64,000 nucleotides of DNA from Candidatus Helarchaeota archaeon (GTDB lineage: Archaea; Asgardarchaeota; Lokiarchaeia; Helarchaeales; RDOG01): assembly GCA_019058315.1 (NCBI GenBank), contig JAHPZH010000006.1:128001-192000 (forward strand), in the 5' to 3' direction. The notes beneath the pieces were generated by a model. It was given only the letters and a program-made list of their open reading frames with translations. It searched no databases and was not told the DNA's origin. The position numbers and the translations under genes are program-made. This document shows, piece by piece, positions 19,444-29,934 of the stretch; the first letter of the stretch is position 1; the number at the start of each line of letters is the position of its first letter.

Positions 19444-20079
19444 TTATTGAGTTGCTTGAATTTGGGATATGAATTCAGAAAGGGGAACCTCAAATTCTTC
19501 TAAAGATTGAATTTCGCCTTTTTCAAAAAGTATTTGTCTTGTTAATAACCAAAAAATTAATGCTAAAGCTTTCTTTCCTCTATTATTTGTGGGAACAATT
19601 AGGTCTAAATTTATTGAGTTGTTATCTGTATCGCATAAACCAACTGTTGGAATTTTTGCTATAACGGTCTCTTTCAAAGCTTGCCTATCTGCTCTTGGAT
19701 CTGTGATAATTACTAGATCAGCTTCAACATATTGGTAGGATGTATGATTAGTTAGAGTTCCCGGAACAAATCTACCAGCAACAAAATGGGAACCTAATAA
19801 TTCTGAAAATTTCCTTATTGGTTGATGACCATATCTACGCGCTGAAACAATTAAAACTTTCATTGGATCATATCTAGAAATGTAACGAGCAGCTACGCGT
19901 AATCTTTCGTCAGTTTTTCTTATATCTATTACATATAGACCGGATCTAGTAATTCTATAAATGAAAGGAATCATATCTTGGGTTTTAATTTGGGTTCCAA
20001 TATGTATTCCAGCAGCTAAATATTGATCACGTGGTACCAATAAATTATCTTCTTTTTTTTCTGCCATGACAAGCTTCAC
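19444..20079 (-). CDS. rps2: 30S ribosomal protein uS2 (true start probably ATG 20067)
   Basis: YLAAGIHIGT, GRFVPGTLTN, DP.AD.QA, PTNNRG. Confidence 0.97.
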   Translation of the reverse strand: MKLVMAEKKEDNLLVPRDQYLAAGIHIGTQIKTQDMIPFIYRITRSGLYVIDIRKTDERLRVAARYISRYDPMKVLIVSARRYGHQPIRKFSELLGSHFVAGRFVPGTLTNHTSYQYVEADLVIITDPRADRQALKETVIAKIPTVGLCDTDNNSINLDLIVPTNNRGKKALALIFWLLTRQILFEKGEIQSLEEFEVPLSEFISQIQATQ

Positions 20080-20179
20080 GTATATTAAATTATAATTACT
20101 ATTTTATTAAAATATGGGATTTTATTAAATTCTTCGCATAAAAATGCTACTCCATTAAATAGGAAAATGAATTTATTAT

Positions 20180-21436
20180 TTAAAAATCGCCACTATTTTC
20201 CGTATTTTCATTTTTTAATAATTGATTAATTTCTATGACATTTAAATTAGCTGGTTTTTTTGTTAAATCAGCTATTCTTACCCCAATTAAATAATTTACT
20301 CCTTTATCAATTGATATATCAACTAATCGTTGTGTAATAAGACCATCAAAGACAATAGCTTTTATTTTTTCACTGTAAGTGGGTAATTTATCCGCTATTT
20401 CAGAAACACTGACTTCATCAATGGGTTTGAATTCTTCATCGAATAATTTTGCACGTAATGTTTGTTGTATCGCCTTAGATTCATTTTTTAAAATTTCAGG
20501 TAAATCTGGAATTATAACCTGTTTTTGTTTCTCTTTTTCTCCTTTTTTATGATGTTTTGACCTTTTTACCTTTTTTCCTTTTTCTTTTTGTTTTTCTAAT
20601 TGGTGATCAAAGGCTTCCACGGGAATTTTATTTCTAAGAGCTTTAATTATTTCTTTCCTAGTTAATTCTTCAACTTCTTTTCCCATTGGGGCTCGAGCAA
20701 TAAAATCAATATCACCTCGTTGTTTAAGCTCTTTTACAATCAATTCTCCACCCCTATCACCATCAACAAACGCAATAATTGTCTTTTTTTGAGTTAAATC
20801 CACAATAGTTTGCGGGATGTTTGTACCTTCTACAGCAATTATATTTTTATATCCATATTTTAATAGATTTAAAACATCTGCACGTCCTTCTACCACAATT
20901 AAAGTTTCAGCTTGATCTATTTCTGGACCAGCTGGTAGATCTTCAGAACCATATTTTTGAATTTCTTCTATTCTAACAGACTTTATAACTTCATCTGAAA
21001 TTTCCTGACTTTCAGGAACTACTTTTTCTTCCCAAGTTTTTAATAATTCTGCTGCTCTAGCAATAACCATCTCTCTTTTCGACTTTCTTATATCTTCAAG
21101 CTTGTTAATACTTATCGTAGCTGAACAAGGACCAACTCTATCGACTGCTTCTAAACCTGCAGCTAGAATAGAAGTCTCTACTTTATTTAAACTGGATGGA
21201 ATAATAATTGTTCCAGTTGACTTGCCTCCTTCTGATGTAACTTCGACTTGAATTCTACCAATCCTACCAGTTTTTTGGAGTTCTCTTAAATCTAAATCAT
21301 CACCCAATAAACCTTCAGTTTGTCCAAAAATTGCACCTACTATATCGGGTTTCTCTACAATTCCTTCAATTTCCACATCTGCTTTAATGATATATTTTGT
21401 AGTACTTATTTCATCACGAGTTTGAATTTTAACCAC
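20180..21436 (-). CDS. dnaG: Archaeal DnaG (TOPRIM; exosome-associated primase-like protein)
   Basis: GAIFGQTEGLLG, LQKTGRIGRI, VVEGRADV, DGDRGG. Confidence 0.97.
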   Translation of the reverse strand: MVKIQTRDEISTTKYIIKADVEIEGIVEKPDIVGAIFGQTEGLLGDDLDLRELQKTGRIGRIQVEVTSEGGKSTGTIIIPSSLNKVETSILAAGLEAVDRVGPCSATISINKLEDIRKSKREMVIARAAELLKTWEEKVVPESQEISDEVIKSVRIEEIQKYGSEDLPAGPEIDQAETLIVVEGRADVLNLLKYGYKNIIAVEGTNIPQTIVDLTQKKTIIAFVDGDRGGELIVKELKQRGDIDFIARAPMGKEVEELTRKEIIKALRNKIPVEAFDHQLEKQKEKGKKVKRSKHHKKGEKEKQKQVIIPDLPEILKNESKAIQQTLRAKLFDEEFKPIDEVSVSEIADKLPTYSEKIKAIVFDGLITQRLVDISIDKGVNYLIGVRIADLTKKPANLNVIEINQLLKNENTENSGDF

Positions 21437-21778
21437 CTACTATGTTATTTAATTTGTAAATTAATTTTAAACGTAAAGTTAATACGCTAAATAAAATAAT
21501 CAAAAATAGAAATGTTCCTATAAATTATACTAATTAAAGTAAAACTCACTTTAATTAGTTCCCTCAAACATAAACTTCTTTTTTTTTGGATTTTATTTGA
21601 TAAATTCCTTACTTGATTATGAATTTTAATTATATTTTCAAGCTTTATTTTCAAGTTTAAGTGAAGAGTGATAATAATTAAGGTGACAAATCTATTATTG
21701 AATTATTTTGAATATTAAATGATTATTATTCAAATATTAAATTAACAACTTATGCTTTTATATATTACTTATTTTTAC

Positions 21779-23179
21779 CTAAAAAATTGCAGAATAACCC
21801 CGTCTTCAGACGGGGGACGAATGCAATAACAATATAGTATTTTTTTTCAATTATCAAGAAGTCTCTAGAGGTTTAAATAGAATACTTAAAATAGCATAGC
21901 TGATGAAGTTATATAGGGCAGTTAAGGTTAGGTTGTATCCCAATAGAGAAGAGAGAGCATTGTTAGATCAAAACTTTGGATGCTGTCGGTTCATCTATAA
22001 TAAGATGTTAGAGGAGAGGATTAAAGTGTATAAGGAGTTAAAGGATGACAAAGAGGCTCTTTATGGCTATAAGTATAAAACAGAGAGGGAGTATAAAGGG
22101 CAGTTTCCGTTTTTAAAGGAGGTTGATGCAAAGGCACTACAATCAGAGTGGAGACATCTAAAATCTGCTTATAATGGGTTTTTTAGGAATATTAAGAAGG
22201 GGATAAGGAAAGGATTTCCGAGATTTAAGTCTAAGAGGTCTAAGCAGTCCTACACCACGTTTAATATTAATAACAACTGTAAGCTAGATTTTAGAAACAT
22301 GAGATTAAAACTGCCCAAGATAAAGACATGGATACGATATCGCGATAATCGTATGTTTCATGAGTAAATACATCACATAACGGTCTCGAAAAATAGGTCT
22401 GGAAATTATTTCGCCTCCATTTTGATAGAGACCGAACATACCATTCTCCCAAAACAGGTTATAAGAGAGAAGAATATTATCGGCTTTGACATGAGTGCTT
22501 CTAATTTTCTGATAGCCAAAGAGGTAGAACTCTCAAGTCCCCGATGGTATAGAACTGAAGAGGGTAAGTTGAAAAAACTACACCGAGCGTTGAGTAGAAA
22601 GAAAAAGGGAAGTAGTAATCGTAACAAAGTAAGGGTGAAACTAGCCCGCCTATATGAGAAGATAGGAAACCGTAAACTGGATTGGGTACATAAGCTAACG
22701 TTTTGTATGAGTCAGCATTTTGAGGGAATAATATTAGAAAACTTGAACATTAAAGGAATACAACAGTTCAATTCGGGTGTATCTAAATCGGTCACACTTG
22801 ATTTTTCTTGGAATCAATTCATACACATTCTAAAATATAAGATGGAAGATAGAGGAGGGCATCTTGTATTAGTAGATCGTTATTTTCCAAGTTCCAAACT
22901 TTGTTCTAAATGCGGTTTCAAAAGCAAAGATGTAAAACTGACCGATAGAGTTTGGACATGTCCTAAGTGTTCTGCTCACCACGATAGAGATATTAATGCC
23001 TCTATCAACATTAAAAAAGAAGGATTAAACTGCCTCAAAAATAATCATATCAAAATCATTAATGATGATGATGCCGCAGGAACTGCGGTCGATGCGTTTG
23101 GAGAGGACATTAGACTGATGCTGTATCAGCAGTCTTCGGTGAATTACGAATCCCCTCCCTTTAGGGCGGGGTAGTTCAA
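21779..23179 (+). mobile_element. IS200/IS605-family element, TnpB-only (IS1341-like), non-autonomous
   Basis: Left hairpin CCCCGTCT-TC-AGACGGGG (21798-21815); right end GAAT + CCCCTCCCT-TT-AGGGCGGGG + TAGT-TCAA (TCAA 23176-23179); visibly higher G content than host. Left boundary approximate. Confidence 0.88.
21903..23174 (+). pseudogene. tnpB: RNA-guided endonuclease TnpB interrupted by one in-frame TAA at 22365-22367
   Basis: The two track ORFs are in the same frame and read through as ..FHE*IHHITVSKNRSGNYFASIL..; HTH (RLYPN, FGCCRFIYN), RuvC GFDMS / ILENL / DRDINAS, CSKC-CPKC Zn finger. Confidence 0.92.
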
Positions 23180-23218
23180 TAAAAGAGTTTTGAATAAAAA
23201 AAGGGATTTTCTTTTTTA

Positions 23219-23761
23219 TTACTTTTTAGATGGCTCAAGAAATCGAGTTGAAATTTTAATTTCCTTTTCCAAGTCTCTCAACGGAAGCCAATTAACAACC
23301 TTAAAAACTTCAGTAAATATAGATGAAGCTCGTCGAGGCTCATTTATTACACCATCTATTGGTTTTATCTTATTTCTAATAAAATTATTTAATTCGTTTG
23401 GTGTTTTACATGTAATTTGAACCAAAATATCAAAATTGCCATATGCAGAACCTACGACTTGTATTTCTTCATATTCTGCTAATTTATTTGCTACTTCACG
23501 TAATTTTTCAGGTCTTGTGTTAATGCCTACCCAAGCAACTATATTTAATCCCAGTTTTTCAGGATCCAACAAAGCAGAAAAAGCTTTGATAATTTTATTC
23601 TTTATAAGCCGTTTAACTCTATTATGGACAGTACTAGGGGCAATTTTTAATCGTTTTCCAATCTCATGATAAGGAATTTTGCAGTTACTTTGTAAAAAAA
23701 ATAATATTTTTCTATCAATATCGTCTAATTTAACAGCTTTTTCTGACAACTTCTTTCCCAT
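23219..23761 (-). CDS. Lrp/AsnC family transcriptional regulator
   Basis: LDDIDRKIL..LQ, PSTVHNRVKRL...II, RAM domain with G.FD. Confidence 0.93.
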   Translation of the reverse strand: MGKKLSEKAVKLDDIDRKILFFLQSNCKIPYHEIGKRLKIAPSTVHNRVKRLIKNKIIKAFSALLDPEKLGLNIVAWVGINTRPEKLREVANKLAEYEEIQVVGSAYGNFDILVQITCKTPNELNNFIRNKIKPIDGVINEPRRASSIFTEVFKVVNWLPLRDLEKEIKISTRFLEPSKK

Positions 23762-23765
23762 TTAG

Positions 23766-23797
23766 AATTGAATATTATTCAATTGAATATTACTCAA
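23766..23797. promoter_or_regulatory. Tandem palindromic operator immediately upstream of the Lrp gene
   Basis: Perfect 9-bp inverted repeat AATTGAATA-T-TATTCAATT (23766-23784); AATTGAATATTA recurs 15 bp later. Confidence 0.5.
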
Positions 23798-23944
23798 ATT
23801 TTATAAATTTAAATTTAATTTGTATTAAGAGGAAACTATGGAAAAATAGAAGAAAATAGGAATTTATACTAATTGAGTCTGAAAAAATGGAAGAAACTTT
23901 AATAAATTTGTGATTATTGAAATTAATTTTTTATTAAAAATTTA

Positions 23945-24613
23945 TCATTTAAGAACTTGAATTAATTGTGCGTATAAATTCTGGATATTCTGATTGATTG
24001 TGCCTTGAATCATTTGGATATTTTGATCAACTTTGAATTTGAAATTCTCTCCTGTGGATGTCTCGATTTGGACAATGCCAGCACTTGTTCTTGAAATAAA
24101 TGCATCTGGAAATTCGTGAAGAATACTTATTAAAAATATTCCTGCTAATGCTTCATCTTTAATGTTTAATGTCGTGGTTGTTGATACTTGTCCTTGAGGT
24201 TGTGCTTGAGCTTGTCCAGCTTCTTGAAATTCAACTATATGTGTAGATGTGCTGTGTGGTATAACATTTATAGAATCCATCATTGCAAGGAAATTTTGAT
24301 GATTCTGCATCATTTCAGCATCTGTTCCGGCATCTATTGTGCGTTCATCCATTATGATTATATTACCTATATTTTGACCTAAAACTTCTCCATCAACCTT
24401 ATATCCTTTTGTCGTAAATTTTTCAGTTACCTTGTCTGGTTGTTTTCTAGTCTTCATGGTAACGGAGTTACCCATCCATACCCACATAGTCTGATGATAT
24501 TCAGATATCAAAACTACTGCTCTTCTATGGTCTTTTATATATTTTTGTTCAAATCGTAAATCTCTGATCATCCCCATTCCTCCAAACTCACACATTACCA
24601 TTAAATTACTCAT
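23945..24613 (-). CDS. Gelsolin-like domain protein with Q-rich linker and unknown C-terminal domain
   Basis: AVVLISEYHQTMWVWMGNSVTMKTRK resembles the gelsolin strand-WxWxG-helix core. Confidence 0.55.
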   Translation of the reverse strand: MSNLMVMCEFGGMGMIRDLRFEQKYIKDHRRAVVLISEYHQTMWVWMGNSVTMKTRKQPDKVTEKFTTKGYKVDGEVLGQNIGNIIIMDERTIDAGTDAEMMQNHQNFLAMMDSINVIPHSTSTHIVEFQEAGQAQAQPQGQVSTTTTLNIKDEALAGIFLISILHEFPDAFISRTSAGIVQIETSTGENFKFKVDQNIQMIQGTINQNIQNLYAQLIQVLK

Positions 24614-24777
24614 TTAATATCCTTCCGATAATGAAAATTATCAAATTTATTATTATTATTTTTTTATAATCTAATTTTTAAACCAAATATACTTAAAAAC
24701 ATTTGATTTAAATACTTTTAAAAATAAATCGATAAAATTTTTGTTGTAGAAAACCCAATAAATTGGAGTGAAAAAAA

Positions 24778-27408
24778 ATGGAACAAGGAAAGGATAAATC
24801 ACAAAAATTCATCTTATGGTTTGACGAAACTGGAATTGAAGATGTGCCGCTAGTCGGAGGAAAAAATGCAAGTCTAGGTGAAATGATACAAAAAACTGGA
24901 GTTCCCGTGCCCTATGGTTTTTCACTTACTGCTTATGCATATAGACATTTTATTAAAGCTAATAATTTAGAGAGTTTTTTAAAAGAGACTTTAGAAGGGT
25001 TAAAACCTGGGGATACGAAGAGCTTGGCTGAAAGAGGGGCAAAAATTCGGAGAAAGATTAGGGAAAGCGAACTTCCTAAGGATTTGGAGGATGCATTAAG
25101 AAAAGCTTATAAAGAATTAGGTGAAAAAATTAACGATCCGCAGCCCGATTGTGCCGTTAGGAGTTCTGCAACTGCTGAAGATCTCCCGGATGCAAGTTTT
25201 GCTGGTCAGCAAGAGACTTTTTTACATGTAAAAGGAATTGATAACATTCTAAAGTCAACTTTAAACTGCATAGCCTCCTTGTTTACTGATCGTGCCATTC
25301 ATTATAGAATGGATAAAGGATTTGACCATTTTTCCATAGCCCTTAGTGTTGGAGTTCAAATTATGGCTAGAAGTGATATTGGTGCAGCAGGAGTTATTTT
25401 TTCTATCGATACAGAAAGTGGCTTTGAAAACGTTGTATATATAACCGGCAGCTGGGGTCTTGGCGAATATGTTGTTCAAGGTAAGGTAAACCCTGATCAA
25501 TACTACGTATTTAAACCGACATTAGGAATTATAAGTAAAAAAGCAGGTTATAAAGATATTAAACTGGTATATGACGAATTTGAAGGTGTAGCGGAAAAAG
25601 ATGTCCCTCGAGATAAACAATATCAAATCATTCTTAATGATGATCAAATTAAAGAATTGGCGAAATATTCAATAGAGATTGAAAAACATTATGGTCGCGC
25701 TATGGACATTGAATGGGCTCTCGATGGAGTGACAAATAAATTGTTTATTTTACAAGCTCGACCTGAAACAGTACATTCGATCACATCAAAAAATATTCTA
25801 GAATTCTATAAATCAAATCTTACCGATGAAGAAAAGCAAGCTAGATTGATTATAACAGGAGAACCTGTAGGAAGAAAGATTGGTGCAGGAATTGCTAATG
25901 TAGTTGGAGATATAAGGGAAATTCACACATTTAAAGAAGGAGAAATTTTAGTAACTGAAATGACAGATCCCGATTGGGAACCTATCATGAAAAAATCTGC
26001 TGCGATCATTACAGATCGAGGTGGAAGAACTTGTCATGCTGCTATTGTTTCTAGAGAACTAGGTATTCCATGTATTATAGGAACAGGTAATGCCTCCCAC
26101 ATTTTAAAAGATGGTGATGAAATTACTGTAGATTGTAGTGAGGGTATTGGTAATATATTTCGAGGAATCATTTCTTATGAAATTGAAAAGATTGATATCG
26201 AAAAAGTACCAAAAACTAAAACTCAAATTCTTATGAATGTAGGTATCCCAGAACAAGCATTCGAACAAGGTAAATTACCAGCAGATGGTGTCGGATTAGC
26301 TCGTCTAGAATTTATAATTAATAGCCATATCACAATTCATCCGTTAGCGTTAATTCACTATAATAGCTTAAAAAAATATGTAGAAAAGAAAGAATATGAA
26401 CCAGAACTAGATGAAACTATAGACAAACTTGCCTCTATTGAAGTTGAAGCGGTTAAGGAAGAACTTGATAAAAAGATAAATAGAGTTACTAAAATCAAAA
26501 AAGTTCTTAAGACAATTGATGAATTTACACCAGGTTATGAGAATAAAGCAGATTTCTTTGTGGATAAACTTGCTGAGGGAGTTGCTCGAATTGCAGCCGC
26601 ATTTTTCCCCAGAGAAATCATTGTTCGCCTCTCTGACTTCAAAACAAATGAATATGCTAATCTTATTGGTGGTTTTATATATGAACCCCCTGAAGATAAC
26701 CCGATGATTGGCTGGCGGGGAGCAAGTCGTTATTATGCTGAAGATTTTCTTCCTGCTTTTCGCTTAGAATGTAAGGCTTTAAAGAGAGTTAGAGATGATA
26801 TGGGCTTAACGAATGTAAAAATAATGTTGCCGTTTACCAGAACACCGCAAGAAGGTAAAAAAGTCATTAAAATCATGAATGATGAAGGTCTTGTACAAGG
26901 GCAAAATCAGTTACAAATTTATGTTATGGCTGAAATACCTTCAAATATCATACTTGCAGACGAATTTTCGCAAATATTTGATGGTTTCAGCATTGGAAGT
27001 AACGATTTAACACAATTAACACTAGGTTTAGACCGTGATAGCGAGTTAGTCATGCATATTTTTGATGAACGTGATCCTGCAGTAAAAAAGAGCTTGAAAA
27101 GTTTAATTGAAACTGCACATAGTTTTAATAGGAAAGTTGGAATTTGCGGACAAGCCCCTTCTGATTGGCCATCAATTGCAGCGTTTTTAGTCGAATCCGG
27201 TATAGATAGTCTAAGTTTAAACCCCGATACTGTTGTTAAAACAAGAGCATTAGTTAGAGTTGTAGAATGGGCAAAAGAAAATAACAAAATTTATACAAAT
27301 TTGAGTCTCGATGAAATAAAATCCATCGAAGGAATGACAGAAGGATTAGCAAAAACTGTTAAACAATTAATTGAAATCGAAAAGAAAGTAGATGAATCTA
27401 AAAAATAA
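24778..27408 (+). CDS. ppsA: Phosphoenolpyruvate synthase
   Basis: VGGKNASLGEM, VRSSATAEDLPDASFAGQQET, GGRTCHAAIVSRE (phospho-His), SIGSNDLTQ, GICGQAPS. Confidence 0.97.
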   Translation: MEQGKDKSQKFILWFDETGIEDVPLVGGKNASLGEMIQKTGVPVPYGFSLTAYAYRHFIKANNLESFLKETLEGLKPGDTKSLAERGAKIRRKIRESELPKDLEDALRKAYKELGEKINDPQPDCAVRSSATAEDLPDASFAGQQETFLHVKGIDNILKSTLNCIASLFTDRAIHYRMDKGFDHFSIALSVGVQIMARSDIGAAGVIFSIDTESGFENVVYITGSWGLGEYVVQGKVNPDQYYVFKPTLGIISKKAGYKDIKLVYDEFEGVAEKDVPRDKQYQIILNDDQIKELAKYSIEIEKHYGRAMDIEWALDGVTNKLFILQARPETVHSITSKNILEFYKSNLTDEEKQARLIITGEPVGRKIGAGIANVVGDIREIHTFKEGEILVTEMTDPDWEPIMKKSAAIITDRGGRTCHAAIVSRELGIPCIIGTGNASHILKDGDEITVDCSEGIGNIFRGIISYEIEKIDIEKVPKTKTQILMNVGIPEQAFEQGKLPADGVGLARLEFIINSHITIHPLALIHYNSLKKYVEKKEYEPELDETIDKLASIEVEAVKEELDKKINRVTKIKKVLKTIDEFTPGYENKADFFVDKLAEGVARIAAAFFPREIIVRLSDFKTNEYANLIGGFIYEPPEDNPMIGWRGASRYYAEDFLPAFRLECKALKRVRDDMGLTNVKIMLPFTRTPQEGKKVIKIMNDEGLVQGQNQLQIYVMAEIPSNIILADEFSQIFDGFSIGSNDLTQLTLGLDRDSELVMHIFDERDPAVKKSLKSLIETAHSFNRKVGICGQAPSDWPSIAAFLVESGIDSLSLNPDTVVKTRALVRVVEWAKENNKIYTNLSLDEIKSIEGMTEGLAKTVKQLIEIEKKVDESKK

Positions 27409-27485
27409 AAATATTTCTTTTTTTTAATTTCAATATATTAAATAAATTTATTTTTTAACAAATAAACGATTAAAATTTATTTTTT

Positions 27486-27884
27486 TTATTCTGAACCACC
27501 AGATAATTCTAAAATAACATCATGTGTAAGACTACGCCATTTTATTATATGCTCTACAATTTGAAATTCTTTTCTCTCATCAAATGGATCATCTTGTTTA
27601 AGCCGTGTAATCGTGTTAAGCAACCGATTCATCTGTATCAAAATTGGCATGAGATTTTTTGTTATTTCATGGTTTGGAAGACTTGTAAATTGAATAAGTC
27701 TTTCCCTAGAATCAGCTAATGCGAAATATACCTTTCTAACTGGTTCATGTAAATGAATAATATTAAGAGCTTTATCTAATGGAGTAAGAATTTTCATTGC
27801 AAGCCGTAAATATTCGTTTCTTGAACCTTCTGGGTTATGCGAATTTGAATTAACATTGTTGTTTTTTAATTCTTCATTGTCCAT
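27486..27884 (-). CDS. Hypothetical helical protein
   Basis: 132-aa ORF with GAGGA SD; no recognised motif. Confidence 0.65.
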   Translation of the reverse strand: MDNEELKNNNVNSNSHNPEGSRNEYLRLAMKILTPLDKALNIIHLHEPVRKVYFALADSRERLIQFTSLPNHEITKNLMPILIQMNRLLNTITRLKQDDPFDERKEFQIVEHIIKWRSLTHDVILELSGGSE

Positions 27885-28052
27885 TTGATAAATTCCTCTT
27901 TAGAATGATATTATCCCTCTCATATAAATATTAATTAATAGGAATTTGAATCGGAAAACTAAAAAACATTGGATTTTTTTATCTTTATAACTTAATTAAG
28001 AATTCAATAAAATAAATTCTAATTAAAATATTCTTTTATTGAGGCTTGTATA

Positions 28053-28610
28053 ATGCCAAAACGTCCATGGAAAAGTTACAGACCAGTATCTGGAAAACCT
28101 TATATTCCAAAATGGAAAAAAACTGGAAAAGGAAGAAGATATACCATAAAACATATCCCTGAATCTAAAATCAGAATGTTTACTATTGGTAAAGAAGGTG
28201 ATTATGATTATATTCTGACAATGTTCTCCCTTGAAACTGCACAAGTAAATCATCTATCATTAGAAGCTGCCAGAATAGCTTCCAATAGGTATTTAAGAGA
28301 GAAAATCGGTCGGGACAACTATCTAATGAGAATTCTACCCTACCCTCATCATGTTGTCAGGGAACATAAAATGATGGCATTTGCTGGAGCTGATCGCCTT
28401 CAAGACGGAATGCGGCGTGCTTTTGGAAAGCCGTTCGGAAGAGCCGCTAGAATTAAAAAAAATCAGAAATTAATGATAATAAAAGTTCATAAAAATGACC
28501 TAGAAAATGCCAAGCATGCCATGAAAAGAGCTAAAATGAAATTTCCTATGCCTTGTAGAATTAGTATTGAAAAAATTAAACAAAAAAATGAAAAATCTGA
28601 AACCCAATAA
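28053..28610 (+). CDS. rpl10e: 50S ribosomal protein uL16 (L10e)
   Basis: LEAARI..NRY, YPHHVVRE, AGADRLQDGMR.AFGKP. Confidence 0.97.
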   Translation: MPKRPWKSYRPVSGKPYIPKWKKTGKGRRYTIKHIPESKIRMFTIGKEGDYDYILTMFSLETAQVNHLSLEAARIASNRYLREKIGRDNYLMRILPYPHHVVREHKMMAFAGADRLQDGMRRAFGKPFGRAARIKKNQKLMIIKVHKNDLENAKHAMKRAKMKFPMPCRISIEKIKQKNEKSETQ

Positions 28611-28646
28611 AAATTTATAACTATTTTTTATCGATTTAGGTAATAC

Positions 28647-29117
28647 CTAAGGTTTTAATTTCTCGATTTCAATAAGATTTTTTTTAATAGCCTCATTTAA
28701 CAAGCTATCTCTTAATTTGTCTTCGTATTCTTCTTTATATATTATTTTTTTAATACCCGCATTCAAAATTAATTTTAAACAATGTGCACAAGGCGATAAA
28801 TTACAATAAATTACAGCTCCTTCTATACGAGTACCATTCTTCGCTGCTTGGACTATCGCATTAGCTTCTGCATGAGCACCTCGACAAAAACCCGTATTTG
28901 ACTGGAGATTATTCAATGATTCTTTGTGTTTTTCAACATTACATCCGACTTCTTTATCGCAACAATGTGCTAAGCCTCGAGGAGGACCATTATATCCAGT
29001 AGATAATATAGTTTTATCTCTAATAATCACAGCCCCAACTTTATAACGGACACATTTAGACCGTTCAGAAATAACATCGATTATTTTAAAAACCCATTTA
29101 TCAAATTCGGAAGACAA
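28647..29117 (-). CDS. dCMP deaminase (ComEB family)
   Basis: RSKC, VGAVI, TGYNG, HAEANA, PCAHC. Confidence 0.92.
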   Translation of the reverse strand: MSSEFDKWVFKIIDVISERSKCVRYKVGAVIIRDKTILSTGYNGPPRGLAHCCDKEVGCNVEKHKESLNNLQSNTGFCRGAHAEANAIVQAAKNGTRIEGAVIYCNLSPCAHCLKLILNAGIKKIIYKEEYEDKLRDSLLNEAIKKNLIEIEKLKP

Positions 29118-29307
29118 TTAAGCCGCCTCTAGTTATGGAGTCTTATTTTATTACGTAATTAAAAAATTAATAATTGAAATTAATATCCAATTCTCATTTC
29201 GAATAAAAATTTTATTTCAATGATATGTAATAATTAATTTATTAGAAATTTTTTAAAATAATTTATTTTTATTTATTTAAAATCAACAATTCACTTTAAG
29301 AGTTACA

Positions 29308-29934
29308 ATGTCAAAGAAACAGAAAAAAATAAAATATGACTTTGAATGTCAACGTTGCGGAAAATGTTGTTCACTTTATTGTATTCCATGTACTAATAAC
29401 GATATTCATCGAATTCTGAATTTCTTAAAACTTCCTCCTGAAAGAGCCTCAGATTTTTTTGAATTGGTCGAACCAGATGAGGAAATTCTTGAATCATACG
29501 AAGATGTTCCCAAAATTCTTGTAGAAGATATCGGTTCTGAAAATTTGGTACTTGTAATTAAATCTGATATTGTTGAAGAATATTGTTATTTTTATGATGA
29601 TGAAAAAAAATGCACAATTTACCCTGTTCGACCATTAGTTTGTCGTTTTTTTCCATTTGTTTACGAATATGAGGAAGATTCAGAAGCTGATCTCATTGAT
29701 AATCAACAAGATATCTCATTTTCAGTTTATGAAGATAGTAATTATTGTAAAGGTATAGGTCAAGGAAAAGAGTTTGATATTAATAAATTAAAAGAAGTCA
29801 CAGTTCAGACCATAAAAGAGGATATGGAATTTGAAAAAAAAGTAAAGATCTGGAATGTTAAAGTCATTTTTAATCAAATTAAAAATTGTGAAGAAAGGGA
29901 TTTTCTAAATTATATTTTAAATAAAGGAGATTAA
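29308..29934 (+). CDS. YkgJ-family Cys-cluster (CxxCxxCC) protein
   Basis: FECQRCGKCC...C...CTIY..RPLVCRFFP...C. Confidence 0.88.
   Translation: MSKKQKKIKYDFECQRCGKCCSLYCIPCTNNDIHRILNFLKLPPERASDFFELVEPDEEILESYEDVPKILVEDIGSENLVLVIKSDIVEEYCYFYDDEKKCTIYPVRPLVCRFFPFVYEYEEDSEADLIDNQQDISFSVYEDSNYCKGIGQGKEFDINKLKEVTVQTIKEDMEFEKKVKIWNVKVIFNQIKNCEERDFLNYILNKGD

Noticed and set aside
21437-21778. Replication origin in the long AT-rich intergenic region
   Set aside because: No ORB/G-string repeats and no cdc6/orc1 nearby
22365-22367. Programmed readthrough or recoding in tnpB
   Set aside because: The codon is TAA, the usual stop in this genome, so a nonsense mutation or assembly error is simpler
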